Shown here one piece after another: positions 51,888 to 61,755 of a DNA stretch of 64,000 bases. Under the pieces are notes generated by a model. The model was not told the origin of the DNA and made no database searches. It worked only from the letters and a program-made list of their open reading frames with translations. The position numbers and the translations under genes were made by a program. Within the stretch, counting starts at the first letter, position 1. The number at the start of each line of letters is the position of its first letter. This stretch comes from Sedimentisphaerales bacterium (GTDB lineage: Bacteria > Planctomycetota > Phycisphaerae > Sedimentisphaerales > Anaerobacaceae): NCBI GenBank assembly GCA_963708075.1, contig OY970194.1, positions 3,584,001 to 3,648,000 of the forward strand. The letters are read 5' to 3'.

Positions 51888-52344
51888 AAAACCGATTGTG
51901 GTGCTTGGTCTCGGCAATCCGCTGATGGGTGATGAAGGGGTCGGCGTGTACCTCATCGAGCGGCTCGCAGGTTCTGCGGCGGACTATCCATCGGTCGATT
52001 TCCTCGACGCGGGGACCGGGGGGCTGTCGGTGCTGCACGACATCGAGGGCCGGCGTAAGGTGATCTTCATAGACTGTGCTTTCATGGACGAGGAGCCGGG
52101 CACGATCAGGCGATTCACGCCGGAAGAGGTCCGTAGCAGAAAGGTGCTCGCGCATCAGTCTCTGCACGAGGCGGACCTCATGCGGATTATCGAAATCGCC
52201 CGGCAGCTTGGGCAAGCCCCTGAGGAGATTGTCATCTTCGGCATTCAGCCGCAGCGGGTCGAATTCACTCAAGGCCTGAGCCCGACGTTGATGGAGCGAG
52301 CCGATGAGTACGTTTCTCTGATTCTGCAGGAGCTGGAGGAATGA
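51847..52344 (+). CDS. Hydrogenase maturation protease
   Basis: VLGLGNPLMGDEGVG, DAGTGG, IFIDCA, SLHE, IFGIQP. Confidence 0.92.
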   Translation: MFDVENQKSKIRLQKPIVVLGLGNPLMGDEGVGVYLIERLAGSAADYPSVDFLDAGTGGLSVLHDIEGRRKVIFIDCAFMDEEPGTIRRFTPEEVRSRKVLAHQSLHEADLMRIIEIARQLGQAPEEIVIFGIQPQRVEFTQGLSPTLMERADEYVSLILQELEE

Positions 52345-52464
52345 TTGAACATGAAGAAGATGGGCCAAAGTGCGGGATTTCCGATTCCAGCATTTCGACC
52401 TTCAGATTATCATATAGTGATTACCACGAAAAATTGAGGCTTCGGAGTTGCCAAAGGAGAAACC

Positions 52465-52857
52465 ATGGGCCAGAGCTCGATTCTCATTATCGATGACGAT
52501 CCGGATATCACGGAAGCTATGACGGTGATTCTGACGAACAGGGGCTACGACGTCCGCAGCGCGGAGGACGGTTCCAAGGGCATGGAGCGGCTGAAGGAAG
52601 CCCAACCTGACCTGATCATCCTCGACGTGATGATGAGAACCTCGCAGGAGGGGTTTGAGCTGTCGAGGGAGCTCAAGCACAACAAGAAGTACAAGGACAT
52701 CCCCATCCTCATGCTCACGGGCGTCAAGCAAAAGACGGGGCTGGATTTCAAGACCACCGCCGGCGACGAATCCTGGCTGCCCGTGGACGAGTACCTCGAC
52801 AAGCCGGTCAAGCCGGACGTGCTTCTGGCCAAAGTCGAAGACCTCCTCGGCAAGTAG
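52465..52857 (+). CDS. Single-domain response regulator (receiver)
   Basis: ILIIDDD, PDLIILDVMM, ILMLTG, YLDKPV. Confidence 0.92.
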   Translation: MGQSSILIIDDDPDITEAMTVILTNRGYDVRSAEDGSKGMERLKEAQPDLIILDVMMRTSQEGFELSRELKHNKKYKDIPILMLTGVKQKTGLDFKTTAGDESWLPVDEYLDKPVKPDVLLAKVEDLLGK

Positions 52858-52870
52858 CGCCGGAATCAAC

Positions 52871-52997
52871 GATTTACAGTTTACCACTTTACGGATGTCA
52901 TCGCAGGCTGAAGCTGACAGCCTATGACGGTATTTGTATGTTGGTTTGCAGTTGTTACGCAGCCAAATCGTAAATCGTAAATTGTAAATAGTAAATC
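52871..52997. repeat. Inverted heptamer arrays (GATTTAC ... GTAAATC)
   Basis: GATTTAC AGTTTAC CACTTTAC on the left; CCAAATC GTAAATC GTAAATT GTAAATA GTAAATC on the right. Same unit as 13464-13556. Confidence 0.7.
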
Positions 52998-53001
52998 CCA
53001 T

Positions 53002-54375
53002 ATGGAAAACCTTCTGAAAAGTCCCAGTTTGATCCAGAGGGCGTATTGGCTCATTCGATTGCGGTGGGTGGCGATTGCAGTTCTAGCTATTGCCACGTTT
53101 ATCTCTCACGAGCTGATGGATGTATCCCTCGCCGCCCCGGCGCTGTATGCTCTTGCCGCCACATTGGTTGTCTACAACTTCATTCTCCTCAGCCTGTTGC
53201 GGTACTGGACGCGGCGAGATGAACAGGGGCCCGGGAACGGCACCACTGCGCCCGCCGCCCACTCAGCGGTCGAGGGAATCATCACGTTTCAGATCTCCGC
53301 GGATTTGCTGATCCTCGCCACCATCCTGCACTTTTCCGGCGGCATCGAGAATCCGTTCTCCTTCTTCTTCGTCTTTCACATGATCATCGCCAGCATCCTG
53401 CGGTCCAAGCGGCAGAGCTATCTGCAGGCGACGTTGGCAGGCCTCCTGTTCGGGGGGCTGGTCCTTCTCGAAGGCGCCGGAATCCTCAGGCATCACGGCC
53501 TGGTGGGTTTTGCCGGGCACGATCTCTACCGGAGCGGCACGTTTATCTTTGGCTTTCTCTTTACCTTCGTCGTCACGCTGTACCTCGTCGTTTACATGAC
53601 TACCTCCATCAGCGAGCAGCTCCGCCTCCAGCAGGAGGGCCTGGAGAAGGCCAACGCGCAACTCGAGGAGAAAGACCAGGTCAAAAACGAATACGTGCTT
53701 CGCGTGACGCATGACATCAAGGGGCATCTGGCCGCCGTGCAAAGCTGCCTGGATACCGTTATCAGTGGGATGGTCGGGCCGCTCAACGAAAAGCAGAAGG
53801 ACATGGTCGGCAGGGCCCACCGGCGAACGACCAAGTGCATGGAATTCATCACCGCCCTGCTGAAATTGACCCGAATGAAGCTGACGGGACAACTTGACAG
53901 GGAGCGATTCTCGCTGCGCAAGACCCTCCTCAGTGCCCTGGCCCTCGTCCAAAACAGGGCCCAGAGCAAGTCCATCGTCCTGAATCATCACATCGATCCG
54001 GCGATTGACATGATCGATGGGGAAGCTGTCCTCATCGAAGAGACGATCACGAACATCCTTCTCAATGCCGTCAAATACACTCCTGCCGGTGGACGGGTGG
54101 GAATTGAGGCGAAGCAGGATGGCGCGTTCGTCCAGATGAAAATCACCGATACGGGCATCGGCATCCCTCCGGCCGACCTGACGCGAATCTTCGAGGAGTT
54201 CTACCGGGCCGACAACGCACGTGCGGCCGAGCGGGACGGAACGGGCTTGGGACTGGCCTTTGCCAAGCAGGTGGTCGAGCGCCACGGCGGCCGAATCTGG
54301 GCCGAGAACAACCCCACCGGCGGCAGCACCTTCACCTTCACGCTGCCGAGCCACCCCAGCGAGCCCAATTCGTAG
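53002..54375 (+). CDS. Membrane sensor histidine kinase
   Basis: N-terminal multi-TM region (LIRLRWVA, HFSGGIENPF); H-box VTHDIKGHL; NILLNAVKYT; DTGIGI; GTGLGL. Confidence 0.93.
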   Translation: MENLLKSPSLIQRAYWLIRLRWVAIAVLAIATFISHELMDVSLAAPALYALAATLVVYNFILLSLLRYWTRRDEQGPGNGTTAPAAHSAVEGIITFQISADLLILATILHFSGGIENPFSFFFVFHMIIASILRSKRQSYLQATLAGLLFGGLVLLEGAGILRHHGLVGFAGHDLYRSGTFIFGFLFTFVVTLYLVVYMTTSISEQLRLQQEGLEKANAQLEEKDQVKNEYVLRVTHDIKGHLAAVQSCLDTVISGMVGPLNEKQKDMVGRAHRRTTKCMEFITALLKLTRMKLTGQLDRERFSLRKTLLSALALVQNRAQSKSIVLNHHIDPAIDMIDGEAVLIEETITNILLNAVKYTPAGGRVGIEAKQDGAFVQMKITDTGIGIPPADLTRIFEEFYRADNARAAERDGTGLGLAFAKQVVERHGGRIWAENNPTGGSTFTFTLPSHPSEPNS

Positions 54376-54554
54376 CCCCTTTGGTCACACAGCAATTTCC
54401 GCCAGAGTGACACCTTTTCCTCTTGACTTTCAGGACAGAAGGCGGATAAAATTCGTGTGCTGTGGGTTACCAGGGAACACGTACGGCTCCGGCCTCGCCG
54501 GGCCGATCAGACCGTGCGTACTCAATCTACCTCAACCTGTGAAGGAGAAGGAGA

Positions 54555-57125
54555 ATGAAGAAGCACGCATTCCTCGCGGTGAGTTCAATTCTGTTGGTTT
54601 CTGTTTGTCTCTGGGCTGGACAATTCGCACGGGATGCGTGGTCGGCGCCGAGCGACGGGGCGGGCCCCGACGACACGGCGGCGGAGTATGCCCTGACGGC
54701 CGGCGGCGATGAGCCGGCCCGAGGCACGATTCTCTTCGAGTACTATTGGGGCGCTGACGGCACCATAAGCTCACTGGAAAGCCTGCCCACCTTCCCGAAC
54801 TACCCGGACGACCGGGAGTGGCGGACCAGTTTGGAGGGTCCGACGGACTGGAGAGACCACTATGTCACCTACGTGCGCGGGTACCTCTATCCCCCCGCGA
54901 CGGGCAATTACACCTTCTGGATTGCCAGCGACGACCAGAGCCAACTGTGGCTGAGCACGGATGAAACCCCTGGTCATGCCGTGCAGATTGCCAGCGTGCT
55001 GGTTTGGACACCTGCCCGAGATTTCGACAATACCGGGGGCGGGGCCGGCGGTCCTCAACAGAAGTCCGCCCCCATCCGGCTGACGGCCGGCAAGAGGTAC
55101 TACATTGAAGCCTTGCAGGCCGAAGGTATTGGTGGCGACAACCTAGCCGTGGCTTGGCAAGGGCCCGGCATTCCCAACCGAACCATCATCGCAGGCAAGT
55201 ATTTGTCCCCTCTCATTGGGCCGCAAGACGTGACGGATCCGAATCTCCTCGGTTGGTGGAAGCTGGATGAGACCTCCGGGATGACTGCGGCCGATGCATC
55301 CGGCAACGGGCACGATGGCGCGATCCAGGGGACGCCGACCCGGGTGGATGGCCCGCCCGGATTCGGCAAGGCTCTGCACTACAATGGCCAGAACCCGGCG
55401 TCCGGGTGGGTCAACTGTGGTACGTGGAACCCCTCCGCTGCCACAGGCCAGTTGACCGTGACCTTCTGGGCCAAATGGGCGGGCCCTGTAGGACCGAACA
55501 ACTGGCAGGGCGTGGTCGGCAAACGCAATGACTGGGACTCGACCGGCGCCAATCAGATGTGGGAGTTCGAGATCGACGCCACCAACAACCAGATTCGTTT
55601 CTTCCGCGGTGACAGCTATCCGAATTGCGGCGGGCGCATTCTGCCCATCGGCGAATGGACGCATGTAGCCGCGACGTTCGACGGCGCGACGCTGGTTTTC
55701 TACATCGACGGCCAGGAGACCGGCCGGGGTGCTTTCTCCTTCGGACCTACGACCGATGCCATGATCACCATCGGTTGCGACGACTCGTTCGGCTGGAACA
55801 GCTTCAATGGGGCACTGGATGATGTGCGGATCTACGACCGGGCCCTGTTGCCGGGCGAGATCCGGTGGCTGACGGGTTTGTTCCAAGGGGAATACTTCGC
55901 CAACATGACCCTCTCGGGCAGTCCGGCCCTGACTCGTCTCGATCGAGAAATCAACTTCAACTGGGGCACCGGCGAGGTCTTCCCGGGCACTTCCGACTGG
56001 TGTTCGGTCCGATGGACCGGCGAAGTGGAGCCGGCATTCACGGAGCCGTACACGTTCTATGTGAACGCGGACGATGGTGCCCGGCTGTGGCTGGATGACG
56101 ACCTGATCATCGATGCCTGGCAAGACCAGGCGGCTACCGAGTATGCGAGCCAGCCGATCCCGCTTGTCGCCGGACAGAGGTATCATATCCGATTGGAATG
56201 GTATGAGAATGGCGCCGAGGCGGTCTGCGAGCTGCGCTGGTCGAGCCCGTCCACGCCCAAGCAGGTGATCCCATCAGGCCGGCTGCACCCGCCGGAGCCA
56301 GGCTCAGGTGGTGGCACAAGTAGTGGAAGTGCAAGCATGACCTTGAAGCCCACCAGCGGACCAGTGGGTACTGTGATAGCGATTACCGGTAGCGGCTTTG
56401 CGGCCAACACGTCCGGCAACGTGATCTCCCCGTGGGTCTCCAAGTTACTGACGACGACCCCGGACGGCGCCTTCTCGACAACAGTAACCGTGCCCGAGAA
56501 GACGCCGGGAGGCGATTACCCCTTTGCAGCGGATTTCCCGCTCGGCGGGATCGAGGAAGCTTTGGCCACCTTCACCGTGACTGGGAGCATCACCCTGAAT
56601 CCCGCCAGTGGACACGTGGGCGACGCGATAACGATCACGGGCACTGGGTTTGCGGGAAGTGCTTCCGGCAACGTGATCTTCGCGGGTGTAAGCCAGCCCG
56701 TAACGACGGCCCCGGACGGCACGTTCTCAACGACCATGACAGTACCGACAGTGCCGGCGGGGAACCACTCAGTGCAGGCCGATATCCCGTCCGGCACACC
56801 TCCAGAGGCTTCCGCCGTCTTCGAAGTTGTCCCAAAGATAACCTTGACGCCAAGGACCGCACGCGTGGGTCAAAAGGTTACGATCACTGGGACCGGTTTC
56901 CAGGAACGGATTGGCGGGAGCGTGTTCTGTGATGTGAACGGCAACGGGCGATACGACTCCGGAGAGCCAAGCATTAGTGTGACGACGACACTTTATGGTA
57001 TGTTCACAGGGTACTGGAATGTGCCTGCGGGAACGCCGCCTGGACTCTATGACATCCTCGCTGATTGCCCCATCGGATCACCCATAGAAGATTCGGAGAC
57101 TCTCGTAGTTGTTGCTGGCCCGTGA
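54555..57125 (+). CDS. Secreted PA14-LamG-PA14-Ig(IPT-like) repeat protein, paralogue 1
   Basis: PA14 (GNYTFWIASDD; YTFYVNADDGARLW); LamG (WWKLDE...WTHVAATFDG...GALDDVRIYDRAL); ITGSGF Ig repeats. Confidence 0.85.
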   Translation: MKKHAFLAVSSILLVSVCLWAGQFARDAWSAPSDGAGPDDTAAEYALTAGGDEPARGTILFEYYWGADGTISSLESLPTFPNYPDDREWRTSLEGPTDWRDHYVTYVRGYLYPPATGNYTFWIASDDQSQLWLSTDETPGHAVQIASVLVWTPARDFDNTGGGAGGPQQKSAPIRLTAGKRYYIEALQAEGIGGDNLAVAWQGPGIPNRTIIAGKYLSPLIGPQDVTDPNLLGWWKLDETSGMTAADASGNGHDGAIQGTPTRVDGPPGFGKALHYNGQNPASGWVNCGTWNPSAATGQLTVTFWAKWAGPVGPNNWQGVVGKRNDWDSTGANQMWEFEIDATNNQIRFFRGDSYPNCGGRILPIGEWTHVAATFDGATLVFYIDGQETGRGAFSFGPTTDAMITIGCDDSFGWNSFNGALDDVRIYDRALLPGEIRWLTGLFQGEYFANMTLSGSPALTRLDREINFNWGTGEVFPGTSDWCSVRWTGEVEPAFTEPYTFYVNADDGARLWLDDDLIIDAWQDQAATEYASQPIPLVAGQRYHIRLEWYENGAEAVCELRWSSPSTPKQVIPSGRLHPPEPGSGGGTSSGSASMTLKPTSGPVGTVIAITGSGFAANTSGNVISPWVSKLLTTTPDGAFSTTVTVPEKTPGGDYPFAADFPLGGIEEALATFTVTGSITLNPASGHVGDAITITGTGFAGSASGNVIFAGVSQPVTTAPDGTFSTTMTVPTVPAGNHSVQADIPSGTPPEASAVFEVVPKITLTPRTARVGQKVTITGTGFQERIGGSVFCDVNGNGRYDSGEPSISVTTTLYGMFTGYWNVPAGTPPGLYDILADCPIGSPIEDSETLVVVAGP

Positions 57126-57139
57126 TGTGGAGGATGGCA

Positions 57140-59740
57140 ATGAAAAGACATGCATTTCTCGCAGTGAGTTCAATTCTGTTGGTCTCTGTTGGTCTTTGGG
57201 CTGGACAGTTCGCACAGGATGCGTGGCCGGCGCCGAGCGACGGGGCGGGCCCCGACGACACGGCGGCGGAGTATGCCCTGACGGCCGGCGGCGATGAGCC
57301 GGCCCGAGGCACGATTCTCTTCGAGTACTATTGGGGCGCTGACGGCACCATAAGCTCACTGGAAAGCCTGCCCACCTTCCCGAACTACCCGGACGACAGG
57401 GAGTGGCGTGCCAGTTTGGAAGGGCCGACGGACTGGAGAGACCACTACGGCACCTACGTGCGCGGGTACCTCTATCCCCCCGCGACGGGCAATTACACCT
57501 TCTGGATTGCCAGCGACGACCAGAGTCAGCTATGGCTGAGCACGGATGAAACCCCTGGTCATGCCGTGCAGATTGCCAGTGTGCCGGCGTGGACTCCGCC
57601 CCGTGATTTCGACAATACCGGGGGCGGGCTCGGCGGTCCTCAACAGAAGTCCAGTCCCATCCCCTTGACGGCCGGCAGGAGGTATTACATCGAGGTCCTG
57701 CACGCCGAAGGGATTGGTGGCGACAACTTGGCCGTGGCGTGGCAAGGGCCGCGCATTCGCGACCGAAGCATCATCACCAGCGAATACTTGTCCCCCATCA
57801 CTGGGCCACAAGACGTGATCGATCCGAACCTTATCGGCTGGTGGAAGATGGAAGAGGGTTCGGGCACCGCAGTACAAGATTCTTCCGGTCATGACCAGCA
57901 CGGCACAATCTACAACAGCAACGCCGGCCTCGGCCCAAACGGAGCCGTTTGGGTCAGCGACCCCGAACGCGGCACTGTCCTGAGCTTCGATGGCGATGAC
58001 GCCACCGGCGCTTACGTCGATGCCGGAACCATTCCGGCCATGGACCTCGCCGGCGGCTTCACCTGGACCTTCTGGGCCAGGCAGGATGCGGCCCAATCGA
58101 CCGCAGTGCCGGGTGGGGGCAATGATGTCATGCTCGGCAACCGTTTTGGCGGCACCGAGACTCCCCTGCAGTTCGTCAAGTTCACCCCCACGAAGTTCGA
58201 GTACTTCAACGACTTCGACTTAATGGCGATTGACTACCAGGACCTCCCGGGCAGGCAGTGGGTCCATCATGCCGTGGTCAAGAAAGGGGCGACGCTCACG
58301 TACTATCGCGACGGGGTCGAGGCCGGGACCAGAACCCTGACCAAGACGATGGATGAGAACCCGTTCTTCATGGGTGGTGACGCCGGCGGGGAACGCTGGC
58401 GAGGCTCACTTAGCGATGTCCGCATTTACGACCGTGGCCTCTCAGCCACCGAGATCCGGGCGTTGATTCACGGCGTGCGAGGCGAGTACTTCACCAATAT
58501 GACCCTCTCCGGCAGCCCGGCCCTGATCCCTATCGATCCTCAAATCTACTTCAACTGGCCCGGCGAGGTCTTCCCGGGCACTTCCGACCAGTGTTCCGTC
58601 CGATGGACCGGTGAGGTGGAGCCGGCATTCACGGAACCGTATACGTTCTATGTGAACACGGACGATGGCGCCCGCTTGTGGTTGAACGGCAACCTGATCA
58701 TCGATGCGTGGTGGGACCAGGGTGCCACCGAGCACGCCGGCCAGCCGATCCAGCTTGTCGCCGGACAGAAGTATCCCCTTCGGCTGGAATGGTATGACAA
58801 CACGCTCAGCGGGACCTGCGAGCTGCGATGGTCGAGTCCCTCCACGCCGAAGCAGGTGATTCCCTCCGCCCGGCTGCACCCGCCGGAGCCAAGTACAAGT
58901 GGTGGCACAAGTAGTGGCAGCTCAAGCATAACCTTGAAGCCGACCAGTGGACCAGTGGGTACTGTGATAGCGATTACCGGTAGCGGCTTTGCGGCCAACA
59001 CGTCCGGCAATGTGATCTCCCCGTGGGTCTCCATGTTGCTGACCACGACCCCGGACGGCACCTTCTCGACAACAGTGACCGTGCCCGAGAACACGCCGGG
59101 AGGCGATTGCCCCTTCGCGGCGGATTTCTCTCTCGGCGGGCCGGAGGAAGCCTCGGCAACCTTCATCGTGACCGGGAGCATCACCGTGAGCCCCACCAGC
59201 GGACCTGACTATACGTGGATAACCATTACCGGCAGTGGCTTTGCACGTGCCACCGGTACTGTGTTCTTTGACAACGACCGCGATGGCATCCTTGATCCGG
59301 GTGAGCCAAGCCAGTCCATGATGGCGGGGACCGACGGGACCTTCTCCGGGGTAACCCTGCCTGTGCCCGATGTGGCGGGGGGCACCTACCCGGTCGAGGC
59401 GGACATCCCGTCCGGCGGGTCTGTAGAGGCTGAGGCAACCTTCACCATGACGACACGTATGTGGTTGGGCCTCAGCGAGGGACACGCGGGCTCTAAGATG
59501 TTGACTGCAGGATCCGGCTTCGCGGCAAACACGTCCGGGATCGCGTTCATTGATTTGAACCACAACGGGCGACATGACCCCCTCGAGCCAAGCGAGTCTC
59601 TGACGACGGAGTCGAACGGCAGTATCTGGACGTTCCTGACGGTGCCCCCAAAAACGACGCCAGGACAGTATGATTTCATGGTGGATTGCCCCATCGGCTT
59701 ACCCATAGAAGAGTCGGCGACTTTCACGGTTCTGCCGTGA
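57140..59740 (+). CDS. Secreted PA14-LamG-PA14-Ig repeat protein, paralogue 2
   Basis: Same architecture as 54555-57125; RBS GGAGG; near-identical signal peptide and first PA14 domain. Confidence 0.85.
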   Translation: MKRHAFLAVSSILLVSVGLWAGQFAQDAWPAPSDGAGPDDTAAEYALTAGGDEPARGTILFEYYWGADGTISSLESLPTFPNYPDDREWRASLEGPTDWRDHYGTYVRGYLYPPATGNYTFWIASDDQSQLWLSTDETPGHAVQIASVPAWTPPRDFDNTGGGLGGPQQKSSPIPLTAGRRYYIEVLHAEGIGGDNLAVAWQGPRIRDRSIITSEYLSPITGPQDVIDPNLIGWWKMEEGSGTAVQDSSGHDQHGTIYNSNAGLGPNGAVWVSDPERGTVLSFDGDDATGAYVDAGTIPAMDLAGGFTWTFWARQDAAQSTAVPGGGNDVMLGNRFGGTETPLQFVKFTPTKFEYFNDFDLMAIDYQDLPGRQWVHHAVVKKGATLTYYRDGVEAGTRTLTKTMDENPFFMGGDAGGERWRGSLSDVRIYDRGLSATEIRALIHGVRGEYFTNMTLSGSPALIPIDPQIYFNWPGEVFPGTSDQCSVRWTGEVEPAFTEPYTFYVNTDDGARLWLNGNLIIDAWWDQGATEHAGQPIQLVAGQKYPLRLEWYDNTLSGTCELRWSSPSTPKQVIPSARLHPPEPSTSGGTSSGSSSITLKPTSGPVGTVIAITGSGFAANTSGNVISPWVSMLLTTTPDGTFSTTVTVPENTPGGDCPFAADFSLGGPEEASATFIVTGSITVSPTSGPDYTWITITGSGFARATGTVFFDNDRDGILDPGEPSQSMMAGTDGTFSGVTLPVPDVAGGTYPVEADIPSGGSVEAEATFTMTTRMWLGLSEGHAGSKMLTAGSGFAANTSGIAFIDLNHNGRHDPLEPSESLTTESNGSIWTFLTVPPKTTPGQYDFMVDCPIGLPIEESATFTVLP

Positions 59741-59920
59741 TCCGGTGGGCGGGTCAACAGAGGCGTCAGCAACCTTTACGATACCCTGATGGCAAGCCAG
59801 ACAGTTGAAAAGACCAGGTGGAACTTCGCCGGCGACAGTGGCGGCCCTGTAGCAGGCAGGCGGACCGGGCGGTATAGTACGGGGCGTGATCAGGTTCTCG
59901 TTCTATCCGTGTGACGGGCC

Positions 59921-60445
59921 ATGAGTCTTGCACAACTGCTGCTGAAAGCGTACTACGAGCGTCTGTATGAGCGGCTGGCGGGCAATCGAGCCGGCCTGCT
60001 TGTACGGATGGACGAGCTGCTGGCGGCGGAGGTGGCAAGGCAGGGCTTCAATGACATGAATGAGGACAAGCTCGCCGCCTATCGCGAGGCCTGCATCGCG
60101 TTCATCGACGAGCGATTGGAGAGCTATAACCCGATCGGGATTCAATACACCTTTGACCGATCCACGTCCCGCACAGCGGCCGAGTTGGAGTTTCAGCTCA
60201 ACTGGTACAACAGCCGGCCCGAATTCACGGAGCTTGTGGCGACAGCCCGATCCCTCGCCGCCGAGGTCGCGTCGGACAACCTGTTGCCGGAAGCAGTCGA
60301 AGAGTTGATCCGCCGGGCCGGCGCCTTTCCCGACCGAAGCATCATCGAAGCCTACCACGCGGCACCCGCCCTCCAGAAGCTGCCTGACTACATCGTGGCC
60401 TGCGCTATCGAAGAAATCGTCTGCGGCCGCAAATCTGCGCAGTGA
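59921..60445 (+). CDS. Hypothetical protein
   Basis: 174-aa ORF with codon usage like the neighbouring genes and a helical-looking sequence; no motif recognised. Confidence 0.7.
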   Translation: MSLAQLLLKAYYERLYERLAGNRAGLLVRMDELLAAEVARQGFNDMNEDKLAAYREACIAFIDERLESYNPIGIQYTFDRSTSRTAAELEFQLNWYNSRPEFTELVATARSLAAEVASDNLLPEAVEELIRRAGAFPDRSIIEAYHAAPALQKLPDYIVACAIEEIVCGRKSAQ

Positions 60446-60491
60446 CCGCTCTGATTGACACATCGCACGTGTATGTGAAAACAACTTGGCG

Positions 60492-60590
60492 GCCGGGTGG
60501 CAGCGGCAAGCGATAGCTTGCCGACGGCTCCTCCGATGCATAGCACCATCGGCAAGCTTCGCTGCTCTTCGCTTGCCGCTGCCACCCGGC
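60492..60590. repeat. GGGTGGCA-type palindromic repeat (copy 1)
   Basis: GCCGGGTGGCAGCGGCAAGCGA (60492-60513) and its perfect reverse complement (60569-60590). Confidence 0.8.
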
Positions 60591-60740
60591 ACAACGTGCA
60601 AGACTTGCACAGACACCATGGCATCCAGAACAGGATAGAATTGTGTCACCATGAGGGGTATCATAGTCGTCTGGTGGCCTCGGGATGTGTCCGGGGTTCG
60701 TGATCGGTCATGCCAGAGTCGAGTCCGGAGAAAGGAGAAC

Positions 60741-61547
60741 ATGATGAGAGGCAAATCGAGGTTGGCGAAATCCGCCGGTTACCTGCTTGCAGTTGTGCTC
60801 TTATTGGGGGTCACCGCCTACGCGGCGAAGGAGAAGTTCTCGGTCCATGACAAGGAGCGTCCGCACCCGCCGGTCGTCAAGTCAGAAGCTTATGGACAGC
60901 CTCCGTCGGACGCGATTGTGCTCTTCAATGGCAAGGACCTGTCGAAGTGGAAGAGCGACAAGGGAGGCGAGGCCAAATGGACAATCGTGGACGATGATCA
61001 TATGGTCGTCCCGCCGAAGGCCGGCGGTATCCATACCGAGCAGGCCTTTGGCAACTGTCAGTTGCACATCGAGTGGAAGACGCCGGAAGGCGTGCCCGCG
61101 AAGGTCACAGACCAGAGCCGCAGCAACAGCGGCGTGTTCTTCATGGGGCGCTACGAGGTCCAGGTGCTGGACTCCTACACCGATGACAACTACGGGACGA
61201 ACAAGACCTATGCCGACGGCCAGGCCTCTGCGATCTATGGCTCCCACCCGCCGATGGTCAACGCCTGCCGCAAACCCGGCGAATGGCAGACATATGACAT
61301 TGCCTTCGTGAAGCCGCTGTTCGACGGTAACGGCAACTGCATCCGCAAGGCGCGCATCACCGTCTTCCACAATGGCGTATGCGTGCACAACAACCTCGAG
61401 ATCGAGGGCACCACGTCGCACAAGGTGAAGGCTGCTTATAAACCGCACGGCGACGGCCCGATCGGCTTGCAGGACCACGGCAATCCCCTTGCCTTCCGCA
61501 ATATCTGGATTCGCCCGCTGCCCGAGCAGCCGTACCTGATCGAGTAG
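60741..61547 (+). CDS. DUF1080 (3-keto-disaccharide hydrolase-like) secreted protein
   Basis: RBS AAAGGAG; PPSDAIVLFNGKDL, LHIEW, SNSGVF, YEVQVLDS, GEWQTYDI, LQDHGNPLAFRNIWIR. Confidence 0.92.
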   Translation: MMRGKSRLAKSAGYLLAVVLLLGVTAYAAKEKFSVHDKERPHPPVVKSEAYGQPPSDAIVLFNGKDLSKWKSDKGGEAKWTIVDDDHMVVPPKAGGIHTEQAFGNCQLHIEWKTPEGVPAKVTDQSRSNSGVFFMGRYEVQVLDSYTDDNYGTNKTYADGQASAIYGSHPPMVNACRKPGEWQTYDIAFVKPLFDGNGNCIRKARITVFHNGVCVHNNLEIEGTTSHKVKAAYKPHGDGPIGLQDHGNPLAFRNIWIRPLPEQPYLIE

Positions 61548-61629
61548 AACCGCAAACACAGGACCGCCGGCCTAACCATTTGGCAACGTCCCACATTCTT
61601 GAGATTGGGCCTGTGCAAGCTACGCAGAC

Positions 61630-61709
61630 GGGTGGCAGCGTCAAGGCCGAAGGCCTTGGCGATGGCGAATGGGCAAACCATCGCCAAGCTGCGCTTGACG
61701 ATGCCACCC
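61630..61709. repeat. GGGTGGCA-type palindromic repeat (copy 2)
   Basis: GGGTGGCAGCGTCAAG ... CTTGACGATGCCACCC. Confidence 0.75.
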
Positions 61710-61755
61710 AAAACTCGAGAACTCGGCATGTTGCCAATTATTTTGGGAGACAGCA

